DNA from: Bdellovibrionales bacterium
GTDB lineage: Bacteria; Bdellovibrionota; FAC87; UBA2466
Length of the DNA stretch: 64,000 nucleotides
Direction of reading: 5' to 3'
NCBI GenBank assembly: GCA_005776395.1
Contig: SXPJ01000003.1
Span: 29,227 to 93,226 of the forward strand
The position numbers were made by a program, and so were the translations under genes. The notes below the pieces were generated by a model that saw only the letters and a list, made by a program, of their open reading frames with translations, searched no databases and was not told the DNA's origin. The first letter of the stretch is position 1; each line of letters opens with the position of its first letter. This document shows positions 29,511-39,573 of this stretch, piece by piece.

Positions 29511-30497
29511 ATGACTGAACTTATTTGCGGAAACTCAGAAAGCTTCCAAAAAACCCTAGCTAAAATAGAGCTCTATGCGCCCCACAGCTGGCCCGCTCTC
29601 ATCTTAGGGGAAACAGGAGTAGGTAAAGAGCTCATTGCTAAAAAGCTTCACGAACTCTCTCCCAGAAAATCAATGCCCTTTATCCCTGTTAATTGTAGCG
29701 CGATACCTGCTGGGCTTTTTGAAAGCGAACTCTTTGGCTTTGAGAAAGGGTCATTCTCAGGAGCTATGGCCCCCTCGAAAGGGCTTGCCCGTATGGCCCA
29801 TGGAGGGACTCTTTTTCTTGATGAATTAGGAGAGTTAGATATTAACCTTCAAGCTAAACTTTTGCGTCTTATCGACTCAGGGGAGGTCAGAGCCGTGGGC
29901 TCTCAAAGAATCGAATATATTAATATTCGAGTCATTGCCGCAACCAATGTAGATCTCTATACCGCTGTAAGCGCGGGCCATTTTCGTCAAGATCTCTTAG
30001 AAAGACTTTCGGTCTTAAGAATTCCTGTCCCTTCTTTAAAAGAGCGCAAAGAGGATATTCCACTCATTGCGACCGCCATTCTAGAGAGACTCGGGGCTAA
30101 ATTCAGTCCAGAAGATTTACAGATTTTGAATCTATTTGATTGGCCAGGAAATGTCCGACAATTACGAAATATTCTTATTCGTGCCACAGTGCTTGGAAAA
30201 ATGAAGGTGACCGACACTCTTTTGAAAACCCTCCTTAAAGAAGAGCTGCGAGACACCACTGTCACCGCTCCACCGCCTGAAAGAGAGGCTTTACTTCAAG
30301 GCCCCCTCGAGGCTATTGAGAGAGAGATCATTGTGGATCGCTTAAAAAAATATCATGGAAATCGTAAAGAGGCGGCAAAGGACTTAGGCATTGCAAAATC
30401 AACATTACATGAAAAAATACGACGCTGGAAAGAGGATCCCTCTATCAAGAAAACTTGGCCCATGGCTCGTTGGGCTAGTCCTCTTAACCTCGCCTAG
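29511..30497 (+). CDS. Sigma-54-dependent transcriptional activator with no N-terminal sensory or receiver domain (PspF-like architecture)
   Basis: Starts directly with the AAA+ sigma-54 interaction domain. It carries Walker A GETGVGKE, the ESELFG..GAFTGA-like segment ESELFGFEKGSFSGA, and a C-terminal Fis-type HTH (HGNRKEAAKDLGIAKSTLHEKIRR). It is 328 aa. Confidence 0.8.
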   Translation: MTELICGNSESFQKTLAKIELYAPHSWPALILGETGVGKELIAKKLHELSPRKSMPFIPVNCSAIPAGLFESELFGFEKGSFSGAMAPSKGLARMAHGGTLFLDELGELDINLQAKLLRLIDSGEVRAVGSQRIEYINIRVIAATNVDLYTAVSAGHFRQDLLERLSVLRIPVPSLKERKEDIPLIATAILERLGAKFSPEDLQILNLFDWPGNVRQLRNILIRATVLGKMKVTDTLLKTLLKEELRDTTVTAPPPEREALLQGPLEAIEREIIVDRLKKYHGNRKEAAKDLGIAKSTLHEKIRRWKEDPSIKKTWPMARWASPLNLA

Positions 30498-31341
30498 TTT
30501 GGCCAATACCGATCGTATCAGTTGGATTATTGAACAGATTGTTCTCCCCCCGCTTCCTCCCATTGCGGAGAAGGCGGGGTTTCAGGCCATGGCTCAAGGA
30601 GTGAACTATTCCGATGCCTTTTCAATTCTAGGGGACATTCTTTACGATACACGCCTCATCGATGTGGGAATTAAATACTCTGAGCGACTCTTTCCCGCCT
30701 GGACCGAAGAGGGGCAATCCCTAAGAATGGAAAGTTTAGGGCTTAAGAAAAGTTTTGCAGCTCAAATAGGACGAAGTTTTTTAACCCAAGAAAATCACTA
30801 CGGACGATTAAGTGCTGAGATTATCCAATTTGACCCCTCAACTTTTCGGCTTCTGCGTTTAGGTTTTAATACTGCGATTTTTGATACGATAGATGTTCCT
30901 TGGATTCTAAGAATTAATTTTCATGTTTTGATCCCCATAAGACAACCCACCCCTTCTTCACGAACTAGACTTTCAGAAACCATTCATGAGGGGGTTGTTC
31001 ACAACTCGTCATTTGAGATTGGGCAAAAAATAGCCATTGGAGACAAGGCCTCTTTTGAATTGGGGGGAATGCTTCATTGGACCTATCGAACTCGAAAAAT
31101 CCCAGAAGATTTAGCTCATATAGGACAGCCTTATGAGCACATGCTCTTCTCCTTGGGGCCATGGGCTCAGTATGGCAATAAGACAAGCCAAATCCGTTTA
31201 GCCATTCCTTGGCGACTTTGGCTAGATAAAGAAATTTTTAAAAGGGCTGTAACCACTTCAGGAAGTGAAGAGGTTTTAGTGAGATATCCTAATGTGATAT
31301 CCCTCCCCGATGTGTCTTTGGTGTGGGCTCTTGCCCTTTAG
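30409..31341 (+). CDS. Secreted hypothetical protein, possibly a beta-rich outer-membrane protein
   Basis: The ORF track starts at 30391, but the signal-peptide-like N-terminus (KRIPLSRKLGPWLVGLVLLTSPSLA) begins at the Met at 30409. It overlaps the 3' end of the activator gene in another frame and overlaps the convergent downstream gene by about 50 bp, so its ends are uncertain. Confidence 0.35.
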   Translation: MKKYDAGKRIPLSRKLGPWLVGLVLLTSPSLANTDRISWIIEQIVLPPLPPIAEKAGFQAMAQGVNYSDAFSILGDILYDTRLIDVGIKYSERLFPAWTEEGQSLRMESLGLKKSFAAQIGRSFLTQENHYGRLSAEIIQFDPSTFRLLRLGFNTAIFDTIDVPWILRINFHVLIPIRQPTPSSRTRLSETIHEGVVHNSSFEIGQKIAIGDKASFELGGMLHWTYRTRKIPEDLAHIGQPYEHMLFSLGPWAQYGNKTSQIRLAIPWRLWLDKEIFKRAVTTSGSEEVLVRYPNVISLPDVSLVWALAL

Positions 31342-32218
31342 GAAATGGAAACGTAATTTTAGGATCTTTACGATCAATAAAATTTTCATAAGGTCTTTTG
31401 CCTACTTTATCCATATCTCTCCACGAATGATTCACAAAAAGTTCCTTAGCATTTTTTACAAAGCCCTCATCGAATTCGTTCATTTGAGAAATAGTCTTTT
31501 CATTTTTCTTAAATAGATCTTTGGTTTTCTCGTAAGTTCTGTAATCACTTTCACTGAAAGGTTCTTGCTTAGTCGCTAATTTATCCATCTCCACCTTCAA
31601 ATCATCTCTCTTAATTTGAGCCTCAATAATCTCCTCTTGTGTCGCCTCCAGACTCTCATCTATAACTTCAGTCTCAGTAATAATATTATTCTCAATGGGC
31701 ATTGGGGGTCTCTCTTGGATGACCCCTTGAAAAGAGAGATCAGATCCTATTTTTCCAAAGGTAGATTTTCCAGTTGTAACTCCATAAGGAGTCCCGCCTA
31801 AATCCCCTAGCTTTTGAATCTGTAAATCTAGCTTCGAGAAATTACTCTCAGTCACTTTAGCAATGGGAAGTGGCAACATTCCTATGCCTTTAAGATCTCT
31901 AAGATTTTTAACCTGTTCAGCTAAGGTCGAATCTATCTTCTTGCGATCAATCTCGATACCTAGAGGTTTACCTAAAGAAATCTCTTCTGCCAAAACCACC
32001 CTGTTAGGAATGAGATTTTTAACTGAATGTTCAAAAGAGTTTAGCTCTTTAGAGAACTCACTAAGAGACTGCCAGGAGGATTGAGAGGGTTTAAGAAGAG
32101 ATGGCACAGACTCCACCTCTTGAGCATAAGAAAAGCTTGGATAGAGCCCACCTATAACGATGCTAAAGATAGCCCTAAAATAAAGTTTCTTTAAAGTGTA
32201 AAAATAGCCCAACAACAC
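31289..32218 (-). CDS. Secreted hypothetical protein
   Basis: Signal peptide (FRAIFSIVIGGLYPSFSYAQE). A sigma-54-type promoter lies upstream. No recognisable domain. Confidence 0.4.
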   Translation of the reverse strand: MLLGYFYTLKKLYFRAIFSIVIGGLYPSFSYAQEVESVPSLLKPSQSSWQSLSEFSKELNSFEHSVKNLIPNRVVLAEEISLGKPLGIEIDRKKIDSTLAEQVKNLRDLKGIGMLPLPIAKVTESNFSKLDLQIQKLGDLGGTPYGVTTGKSTFGKIGSDLSFQGVIQERPPMPIENNIITETEVIDESLEATQEEIIEAQIKRDDLKVEMDKLATKQEPFSESDYRTYEKTKDLFKKNEKTISQMNEFDEGFVKNAKELFVNHSWRDMDKVGKRPYENFIDRKDPKITFPFPKGQEPTPKTHRGGISH

Positions 32219-32272
32219 TCCATCCTCTCACACACTCAGGATACGCAACGAATACAGAATACACTTACAAGA

Positions 32273-32288
32273 TGCAAAGAGGCCGCCA
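32273..32288 (-). promoter_or_regulatory. Sigma-54 (-24/-12) type promoter TGGCGG-N5-TTGCA upstream of the 31289..32218 gene
   Basis: Minus-strand sequence TGGCGGCCTCTTTGCA has GG-N10-GC spacing that matches the TGGCAC-N5-TTGCW consensus. It lies about 55 nt upstream of the start codon. A cognate sigma-54 activator gene is 2 kb away. Confidence 0.45.
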
Positions 32289-32407
32289 GAGAAAAGAAAA
32301 CAGACCAAAGACTTTAAGTCTTCAGCTTAAGCTTACGAAACAGTACAGTTTTAAAAAGATGATTTGCTTTAAAATAGGAAATTTTATTTTGAAATATCGA
32401 CTAGAGT

Positions 32408-32881
32408 TCAGACCAATCGTCGCAGAGTAGCCACCATCTCAATCGCAGTATCAACGGCATCTTTACCTTTATGGCCGTGTTTTCCACCACAACGATCAAG
32501 GGCTTGCTCTTCATTTTCGGTCGTAAGCACTCCAAAAACCACTGGAATATTTTGAGCTAAAGCGACCTGGGAGCAACCTTGAGCTACCGTTTCACACACA
32601 TAATCGTAATGAGTGGTTTCACCTCGAATTACAGCCCCCAAACAGATAATAGCTGAATAAGAAGAGCGACGAAGAGCTAATCTCTGAGCCACTATAGGAA
32701 TCTCTACAGCCCCAGGAACCCAAACCACTGAGATATCGCTATTGGTAAAACCTTTCTCTTGGGCTCGGGCTAAAGCCCCCTCTAAAAGCTTTGAAGTTAT
32801 CTCTTGGTTAAAACGGCTAACCACAAAAGCTAATCTGCAATGAACATTAACATTCTGTGAATCAATAATTTCCATAATCAA
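32408..32881 (-). CDS. ribH: 6,7-dimethyl-8-ribityllumazine synthase
   Basis: Lumazine synthase fold, 157 aa, in the conserved position after ribBA. Confidence 0.9.
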   Translation of the reverse strand: MIMEIIDSQNVNVHCRLAFVVSRFNQEITSKLLEGALARAQEKGFTNSDISVVWVPGAVEIPIVAQRLALRRSSYSAIICLGAVIRGETTHYDYVCETVAQGCSQVALAQNIPVVFGVLTTENEEQALDRCGGKHGHKGKDAVDTAIEMVATLRRLV

Positions 32882-34101
32882 TTAAAAGTAAGGAGATGCC
32901 CCATCTTATCCCTTTTAGTTGTTAAGTAATTTAAGTTTTTTTGATTAGGAGCCATCTCTATCGGGACTCGTTCCATAATTTTCAAACCAAAACCATCAAG
33001 GCCATATATTTTTCTGGGATTATTGGTCAGAAGCCTCATCTGACTGACTCCTAAATATCTTAGAATCTGCGAGCCAATGCCATAATCTCGATGATCCTCT
33101 TTGAACCCTAATTTTCGATTAGCCTCGACCGTGTCTAAGCCCCCATCTTGAAGATCGTAAGCTCTTATTTTGTTGGCAAGACCAATTCCTCGCCCCTCTT
33201 GCCTCATATATAAAAGAATTCCCCCCTCTTTTCCAATCATGGAAAGAGAGGCTTGGAGCTGAGCTCCACAATCACATCTCATAGAGCCAAAAGCATCCCC
33301 TGTAAGGCATTCAGAATGGGCCCTTACTAAAGTAGGTCTATCTTGGCTTATATCTCCTCGCACTAAAGCCACATGTTGAACGCCATCTAGAACGCTTTCA
33401 AAAACTTTCATCGCAAAATCGCCATGGGGAGCTAAAGGCAATTTAGAAGAGGCCACCTCTTTAACTAAACACTCTTTTTTCATTCGGTATTTGATGAGAT
33501 CAGCCACCGAAACAATTTTTAATCCATGTTCTTTAGCATAAGGAATAAGATCTTTTAGACGAGCCATTGTTCCATCGTCATTCATGATCTCGCAAATAAC
33601 ACCTGCAGGTTCAAGCCCCGCAAGTCGCGCTAAATCCACACTGCCTTCGGTTTGCCCAGCTCTCACCAGGACTCCCCCTTCACGAGCTCTTAAAGGAAAA
33701 ATATGGCCCGGCATCACCACATCTTTGGGGCCACTTTTGGAATCTGAAGCCACTTTAATAGTTCGTGCTCTATCGGCGGTAGAAATCCCTGTAGTAACTC
33801 CTGTGGCAGCTTCAATAGACACAGTAAAAGCGGTTCCGTAAGGAGATTGATTCTCTTTAACCATCATCGGAATATTCAAACGACTTAATTGTAGGTCGGT
33901 CATAGCAAGACAAATGAGACCTCGACCGTACTTAGCCATAAAATTAATATGCTCATGAGTGATCTTTTCTGCAGCAACAACAAGATCCCCTTCGTTTTCT
34001 CTATCCTCGTCATCCACAAGAATGATCATTCGACCTTCTTTAAGATCTAGAATCGCCTCTTCAATACTAGAAAGGGTCGAGTTTTTCTTAAGAGAATTCA
34101 T
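32878..34101 (-). CDS. ribBA: Bifunctional 3,4-dihydroxy-2-butanone-4-phosphate synthase and GTP cyclohydrolase II
   Basis: DHBP synthase N-terminal half ([12 protein letters not shown]) and GCHII C-terminal half with the Cys zinc cluster ([15 protein letters not shown]), 407 aa. Confidence 0.9.
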   Translation of the reverse strand: MNSLKKNSTLSSIEEAILDLKEGRMIILVDDEDRENEGDLVVAAEKITHEHINFMAKYGRGLICLAMTDLQLSRLNIPMMVKENQSPYGTAFTVSIEAATGVTTGISTADRARTIKVASDSKSGPKDVVMPGHIFPLRAREGGVLVRAGQTEGSVDLARLAGLEPAGVICEIMNDDGTMARLKDLIPYAKEHGLKIVSVADLIKYRMKKECLVKEVASSKLPLAPHGDFAMKVFESVLDGVQHVALVRGDISQDRPTLVRAHSECLTGDAFGSMRCDCGAQLQASLSMIGKEGGILLYMRQEGRGIGLANKIRAYDLQDGGLDTVEANRKLGFKEDHRDYGIGSQILRYLGVSQMRLLTNNPRKIYGLDGFGLKIMERVPIEMAPNQKNLNYLTTKRDKMGHLLTFN

Positions 34102-34730
34102 AAGGATTGAACTTTCTGACTAGGATTGTCTTGTATGCTTTTAAAAAGCTGTCTCACCTCATTCACTACCATTTTAGCCATCCAATCACATTCGATGTTA
34201 ACTTCGCTCCCCTCATTAAGTCGTGATAGATTTGTGCGTTCTAAAGTATGAGGAATTAGCATCACTGAAAAACCATTGGGCGTGACTTCATTCACCGTCA
34301 AACTAACCCCATTCACAGTGATACTCCCCTTAGGTGTTAAAAAAGAGAGTCGTGAGGATTCAATCCCCGTAAAATAGATCTCTTTAAATTCAGCTTGATT
34401 TTTAATGGAGGCAACTTGAGCCCTCTGCTCCACATGACCACTAACCCAATGACCTCCAAATCGATCCGATGCCTTCATGGCACGTTCTAAATTAACTAAA
34501 GAGCCTACAGAGTAGGAAGTAGTAGTGGTGAGTCTTTCGGTTTCAGAAGAGATCTCCACCGAAAAGGTACCCCCCTGAAATTCAGTAACTGTGAGACAAA
34601 CCCCATCAATCGAAATACTTTCGCCCAATGAAAGCTCTTGAAAGCGACTTTCGATTACTAGCGACATGCCTCGTGCCGATAGCTTACTTTCCCTAATAAT
34701 TCCGGTATGATCAACTATTCCAGTAAACAT
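34098..34730 (-). CDS. ribE: Riboflavin synthase alpha subunit
   Basis: [10 protein letters not shown] is the canonical RibE N-terminus. The ORF track extends 9 codons upstream to 34757, but the internal Met at 34730 matches family starts. It has two lumazine-binding repeats. Confidence 0.8.
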   Translation of the reverse strand: MFTGIVDHTGIIRESKLSARGMSLVIESRFQELSLGESISIDGVCLTVTEFQGGTFSVEISSETERLTTTTSYSVGSLVNLERAMKASDRFGGHWVSGHVEQRAQVASIKNQAEFKEIYFTGIESSRLSFLTPKGSITVNGVSLTVNEVTPNGFSVMLIPHTLERTNLSRLNEGSEVNIECDWMAKMVVNEVRQLFKSIQDNPSQKVQSL

Positions 34731-34800
34731 ACTTCTTACGTTTCCTTGAAGCCCCAAACTAAAGGTCCTGAACTCGTTTTTATACCTCTATGCCTCGCCT

Positions 34801-34978
34801 TATAGCACTAACCAGTTAACCCCGTACCAGCCCATATTAGATAAATGAGTTGATTTTAGGTAACAAAGCGAGACGCGTCGACAACCGTGTACTCTTGGTA
34901 CTCGTAGGAGGCGCAACAAAGCTTTGCAACAAAAGCAACCACCCAACGGGTGCGGGGTTAACTGGTTAGTGCTATATA
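34801..34978. mobile_element. Miniature inverted-repeat element (MITE-like), about 178 bp, in the rib-operon leader. Terminal inverted repeats of about 25 bp (TATAGCACTAACCAGTTAACCCCG...) are flanked by a possible TA duplication
   Basis: The left arm 34801-34828 and right arm 34951-34978 are reverse complements (about 25 of 28 matches, with 22 consecutive perfect). TA dinucleotides abut both ends. The interior has palindromes (CAAAGCTTTG, CACCCAACGGGTG). It was not found a second time in this window. Confidence 0.4.
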
Positions 34979-35056
34979 CCATAGCCTCTCTTTTTTTTGT
35001 GCTAAAATAAACCAGACTAATCTCCTCATAAAACCAGAGGTTTAACTCATTTAAAT

Positions 35057-36286
35057 ATGATCACTTCCCCTCTTAAAACCCCGCCGCTTAAAATTGCAAT
35101 GGTGAGCCCCACTCTGGGAACCGCCTTTGGGTTAGAGCAGGTTTTAATGCTTTCGGTTCAGGGGCTACGAGAACGAGGAATCAAAATCTTTTTGATAGGA
35201 GAAATCGCTCACAGCTCTCTTTCTGAAAACGAATCCCCAATTTTAGTTCCGGGTCTATTTTCTACGCCAGCTCTCATAGCCCCCAAAGCTCTACACCGAG
35301 TTTTAGAGAACTACAAAAAAGCTATCTCTCAGATTAAACCGGATCTTATTCATTTTTTAGATCAGCCTCATGCCGAAATCATAAAGTTTTCAACCGCTCA
35401 CTATCCCTGCGTATTAACAGCTCACACAGTTGCCCCCACCTGTCCTGCAAGCCATCGTTTGGCTGAGGAGACCTCTGTTTGCCATAAAAAAAGCGGGTGG
35501 AGCTGTTTAATACAAAATAAAACTTACGGCTGTCTCAATGGATTTAAAACCGATCTTCACCGCTCGCATGCTATCTACGATTTTAAGATTAAAAAAAAGG
35601 CGACTCAAAAGATACAGGCCATAGTGGCTATTAGTCGCTATGTAGAATCCGCTCTTTTAGAAAATGGTTTCTCCAAAGAGCAAGTAAAGCTGATTTACAA
35701 CCCCTTACCGGCTTTCAATTCAATTGGGAGATTTAGCTCTTCAAAACCTCTTATCGTTTCTGCCTGTCGCTTAGTCCCTTTAAAAGGGATTGAATATGCT
35801 ATTCGAGCGCTGAAACTTATTGAACCCCTCGATTGGCAATATTGGATCTTAGGAGAAGGCCCTCTCAAAGATTCGCTCACCAAACTGGTTCAAGAACTCA
35901 AGCTTGAAACCAGAATCTTATTCAAAGGCAAACAATCTCGCTCGGAGACTTTAGCCACTATTCAATCTGCCAAAGTTTTTTTACAACCCAATGTCGGACC
36001 AGAAGGCTTCGGGCTCTCGGTGGCAGAGGCGCTAAGCCTTGGGACCCCTGCTATTGCTTTTGCTACACCTGCTCTAGATGAAATTATTTTTGACGGCAAA
36101 AATGGTTTTCTAGTCCCATCAAAAGATGTGGCTAGTTTAAGTAAGGCTATCGAAAAACTTTTAAGTGATCCAAAAAAACATTCAGAGTTTAGCTCCTACG
36201 GAAAAAAAGATACGCCTGAGAGATTCTCAGAGAAAAACTTTATCGACTCTACACTATCTCTATACCAAACTATGGTGACGCGATGA
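35057..36286 (+). CDS. Glycosyltransferase family 4
   Basis: C-terminal EX7E-like region EGFGLSVAEALSLGTPAIAF, 409 aa. Confidence 0.7.
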   Translation: MITSPLKTPPLKIAMVSPTLGTAFGLEQVLMLSVQGLRERGIKIFLIGEIAHSSLSENESPILVPGLFSTPALIAPKALHRVLENYKKAISQIKPDLIHFLDQPHAEIIKFSTAHYPCVLTAHTVAPTCPASHRLAEETSVCHKKSGWSCLIQNKTYGCLNGFKTDLHRSHAIYDFKIKKKATQKIQAIVAISRYVESALLENGFSKEQVKLIYNPLPAFNSIGRFSSSKPLIVSACRLVPLKGIEYAIRALKLIEPLDWQYWILGEGPLKDSLTKLVQELKLETRILFKGKQSRSETLATIQSAKVFLQPNVGPEGFGLSVAEALSLGTPAIAFATPALDEIIFDGKNGFLVPSKDVASLSKAIEKLLSDPKKHSEFSSYGKKDTPERFSEKNFIDSTLSLYQTMVTR

Positions 36287-37497
36287 CAGCGATCTTTATT
36301 GCGGGCTCAATTGGAATCTTATTTCTAGCTGAAATCATTCAACCTCACCCCCAAGACCTACACACTTTTTACATTTGGATGCAGCTGGCTTTCGAACGGG
36401 GAATCTTCCATATTTATGAATGGACCCCTGAAGAGGTTTTAACTCGCTTCCAAGAATTTTCCCCAAACTATCCCCCCTTTATTTTTTCACTTTATCCCTT
36501 AGCTTGGCTGCTCCATCATTTTGACTCATGGCCTATTTGGCCCTCTATCTACGCTAATCTCTTTTTTAGAATCCCCTTACTATTAGGACATCTTTTTTTA
36601 TGCCTCGCAATTTTTCGACGCCTTAAAATAAAAGATCCTACTACCTCATCCACCTGGGCAATTATTTTACTATTTCTAAATCCTGCATTTCTCGTGGCAA
36701 GTCCCATCTGGGGACAACTTAATTTTCTTCTTTGGGGAACTCTTACCCTTAGCTGTTTAGATTGGGAAATAGACAAACCTTTAACTTCAGCTCTATGGGC
36801 TGCTCTCGGAGCGATAATCAAACCTCAATTTGTCATGTTTCTTCCCCTCTTAACTCTATTGCTTGTCAAAAAACGAAACCTCACTTTTTTTCTGAAGTGG
36901 CTCGGGACTTTTGCTGTAGGAATTTTTATTTTCTGTTCCCCCTTTATTTTAACTTCAGGACTGGACTGCCTCGCTAAAGGTTATATTCGCTTAACTGGCG
37001 GTCAATATGCGGTGGCTGACATAGGATATAACTTTTGGTGGACGCTATTTCAGGGGCTATCCCTTAATCTTGGCTCCCATCTCTTTGGTATTTCCTATGC
37101 TCTTATTGCAACTCTTGTAGGCAATAGTTTAGTGGCTCTCATGGGCTATTTTTTCTGTTTTAGAAGTTCTAAGATGGATTGGCTAAAACTTGCCACACTC
37201 TCTCTTCTAATCCTATTCTGTTTTTTACCTGGAATGAATCCTCAGTGCCTTGTTTTCGGTACAGCCTTTTTATCTTTACTAGCCATTCAAAAATCGGAGC
37301 TTAGATTTGCAGCTCTTCTTCTCTCAACCATTCAGTGCCTTAATTTAGCTTTCAATGCTTTCTGGACCCCCCATACTCGATTCTATCTATCTCTTCCTGT
37401 ATCGGTTAGCAAAGGCACTGGGATCGCCTGTTTTGTAGGTATTCTATGGATCTTAACGTTGATTATTCTAGAAAACAAAAAACTAAAGCACTCTTAA
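36283..37497 (+). CDS. Polytopic membrane protein, possibly an O-antigen ligase or GT-C-like envelope glycosyltransferase
   Basis: About 10-12 predicted TM helices across 404 aa. Translationally coupled to the upstream GT4 gene. No firm family assignment. Confidence 0.4.
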   Translation: MTAIFIAGSIGILFLAEIIQPHPQDLHTFYIWMQLAFERGIFHIYEWTPEEVLTRFQEFSPNYPPFIFSLYPLAWLLHHFDSWPIWPSIYANLFFRIPLLLGHLFLCLAIFRRLKIKDPTTSSTWAIILLFLNPAFLVASPIWGQLNFLLWGTLTLSCLDWEIDKPLTSALWAALGAIIKPQFVMFLPLLTLLLVKKRNLTFFLKWLGTFAVGIFIFCSPFILTSGLDCLAKGYIRLTGGQYAVADIGYNFWWTLFQGLSLNLGSHLFGISYALIATLVGNSLVALMGYFFCFRSSKMDWLKLATLSLLILFCFLPGMNPQCLVFGTAFLSLLAIQKSELRFAALLLSTIQCLNLAFNAFWTPHTRFYLSLPVSVSKGTGIACFVGILWILTLIILENKKLKHS

Positions 37498-37504
37498 AAA
37501 AGAG

Positions 37505-38086
37505 CTATTTTTTTGTCTCTTTTACAAACTGAAAGGTGTCAAAAATGGGTTTAATCTCATTTCGATAATCATTAAATTTTTCAGTTCTCGTGGTGGCTGT
37601 AAGAATGTAAGCCTTACCCTCATAAACAAAAATGACCTGTTTGAATTTCAAACCAAAATCCCTTTGATTCGCAACGATCTCAACTGTACTTTCTTTGATA
37701 TAAGGCAACTGAACAGGTTCTACCGATAGGATCTGAAACCTCTGGCTTTTTAGAAAATCTACTGTGTGCTTTTGATATTGAGCGATTAAAGGGGTTTTGC
37801 TGTCTTTAAACTTCTCTAAAGAATCGGCCACCACATGAAAACGGGCGTGATATTTTTCATCAGACTGTTTTCTCTGAATTGTAACCAATGTCTGCTGAGC
37901 CATATTCTTATCTACCAGCTGGGCCTCAGTTTTCTCAGTTCGACTGGGTAAGAGTTCCCAGTTGGCCTCTGGATATTCAAATTTAAAGTTTGGAGTGGGG
38001 GCTTGATTCGAGGACTGAAAGATCGCTCCAAAAACTGACACGGTGAAAAAGCTTAACAAAACAAATATTCGCATCTCTATCTCCAA
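37505..38086 (-). CDS. Secreted hypothetical protein
   Basis: Signal peptide MRIFVLLSFFTVSVFGA, 193 aa, no recognised domain. Confidence 0.4.
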   Translation of the reverse strand: MEIEMRIFVLLSFFTVSVFGAIFQSSNQAPTPNFKFEYPEANWELLPSRTEKTEAQLVDKNMAQQTLVTIQRKQSDEKYHARFHVVADSLEKFKDSKTPLIAQYQKHTVDFLKSQRFQILSVEPVQLPYIKESTVEIVANQRDFGLKFKQVIFVYEGKAYILTATTRTEKFNDYRNEIKPIFDTFQFVKETKK

Positions 38087-38688
38087 TAAGTGCCCGGAGA
38101 CTAAGGATTTACATGGGGTTTTTCAAGCATTTTCTCTACTAAAAAGAGAAAGAGTTTATTTTTAGATTCTTTATGCTGAATAGTGGAAGGCCGCTTTCCA
38201 TGGCTCAAAGACATAACCGACAGATTTGGCGTGTGCGTTAAAAAAATACGGTTTTCATAAAGTTCCGATTAAGCTCTAAGACAGATCATTCAAGGGCAGA
38301 ATGGATTTTTGTTTAGATTGCGGCGCCCCTATCTGTTTTCCTTTAGTACTAACCAGGATTAAAAAACTGCGTTTTTTTTCGAGGTTTATATTTTATAAGC
38401 CCTAAACTTTCTAGCTGGTATCGACAAGGCGTGTATGTTAATCCAGAACTAACTTTGAATGTGCTGAGCGGAAAAGCCCGCGAGTATATGCTAGCAGTGA
38501 GATCTTATTACCGTAGAGGTGGAACAATTGTATCCTCGAAGTCATTCGAACAGGTTCTCGATTTTGATATCTTAGCGAGAGCCTTCGGGGTTCCCGGTTT
38601 GAATAGTTCCCAACCAATCAACTATCAGGAACTAAGAAGAATTTCGCCATGACGTTTTCGTGGAACATTTCCAGAACACCGTCGGCAC

Positions 38689-39534
38689 TTACTTCTCTTC
38701 TAAATAGATGGTGTATTGAGCGGCAAATAGAAAAATTCGGGAAAGAAAATAGATCCATACCACGGCTAGTAAGAACGTAAAAAAGGGGCCATACATCCCT
38801 TCGTTGACCTTTTTAAAGTAGAGAGCGTACCCCTGATAACAAGCTCTTCCTAGAATAAAAAAGATAACAAAAAGAAGACTCCCTTTGAGTGCATTTAACC
38901 AATGAACCTTCTGGGTTGGCATCACTTTGTAGATCACTGTCACACTTCCTACGACACTAAAAAAGGCAATAAGTGCCGTCAAAGAATTTAAAAAAAGAGG
39001 GCTCAAATTATTAAGGTATTTTGGAAAGAGAACCGCCAAGATTTCAGCATCAGTGGTTGAAACTAGAACAAAAGCGGTACTGCCAAGAGTTACAATCAAA
39101 AAACAGAAAAAAGCCATTAAGGTAGCCCAAAAACGATTTCTCTCCCCCCCTAAAGTAGAGATTTTAGCAAAAGCAAATTGTAAAGAATCAAAAAGCTCAT
39201 GGGCTGACCAAATCAAAACCAGAACACTAAAAAAATCCCCAGCGGTATTTTGCTTTAGTACCACCACTAAGCCTTGGGTGACTGTAGGATCAAGAGAAGG
39301 AATTAAACGATGAATAAAATGGCCCAATTCCTCGGGAGACTGGTTCAGGGAACTTGTGTGCGAGATAAAAAAATGGCTAGAGATAAAACTTAAAATTAAA
39401 AGAGGCAACAAAGAGAATAAAGAGAAAAAGGCTACACTCCCTGCGATAATGCCAATATTATTTTCCGAGGCAAGTTTATGGGTTCCCTGTAAATCCCTAA
39501 ACAATCCTTTAAGTTGACGACTTAAGATCTGCAT
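38689..39534 (-). CDS. YihY/BrkB family inner-membrane protein
   Basis: Six TM helices with a YihY-like N-terminus (NIGIIAGSVAFFSLFSLLPLLIL), 281 aa. Confidence 0.7.
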   Translation of the reverse strand: MQILSRQLKGLFRDLQGTHKLASENNIGIIAGSVAFFSLFSLLPLLILSFISSHFFISHTSSLNQSPEELGHFIHRLIPSLDPTVTQGLVVVLKQNTAGDFFSVLVLIWSAHELFDSLQFAFAKISTLGGERNRFWATLMAFFCFLIVTLGSTAFVLVSTTDAEILAVLFPKYLNNLSPLFLNSLTALIAFFSVVGSVTVIYKVMPTQKVHWLNALKGSLLFVIFFILGRACYQGYALYFKKVNEGMYGPFFTFLLAVVWIYFLSRIFLFAAQYTIYLEEK

Positions 39535-39573
39535 ATTAACGGTCTTTATCCTTAAACAAAGCCCTCTTAATTC

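Noticed and set aside
30391-31341. The 18 bp of the track ORF upstream of the signal-peptide Met, and the ~50 bp overlap with the convergent 31289..32218 gene
   Set aside because: The upstream extension is in-frame read-through of the activator gene's 3' end. The 3' overlap probably reflects uncertain stop and start choice in one of the two genes rather than real coding overlap, so neither is annotated as biology.
34800-34982. 60 aa minus-strand ORF in the rib leader
   Set aside because: It coincides exactly with the inverted-repeat element, is Cys/Arg/Leu-rich with no SD, and is better explained as non-coding structure.
34758-35056. FMN riboswitch upstream of ribE
   Set aside because: The minus-strand leader was searched for the conserved FMN blocks and none was found. 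Only the inverted-repeat element is present. A covariance-model search is still advised.
38431-38652. 73 aa ORF in the 600 bp gap
   Set aside because: No SD, atypical composition, and no recognisable family. It is kept only as part of the non-coding-gap finding.
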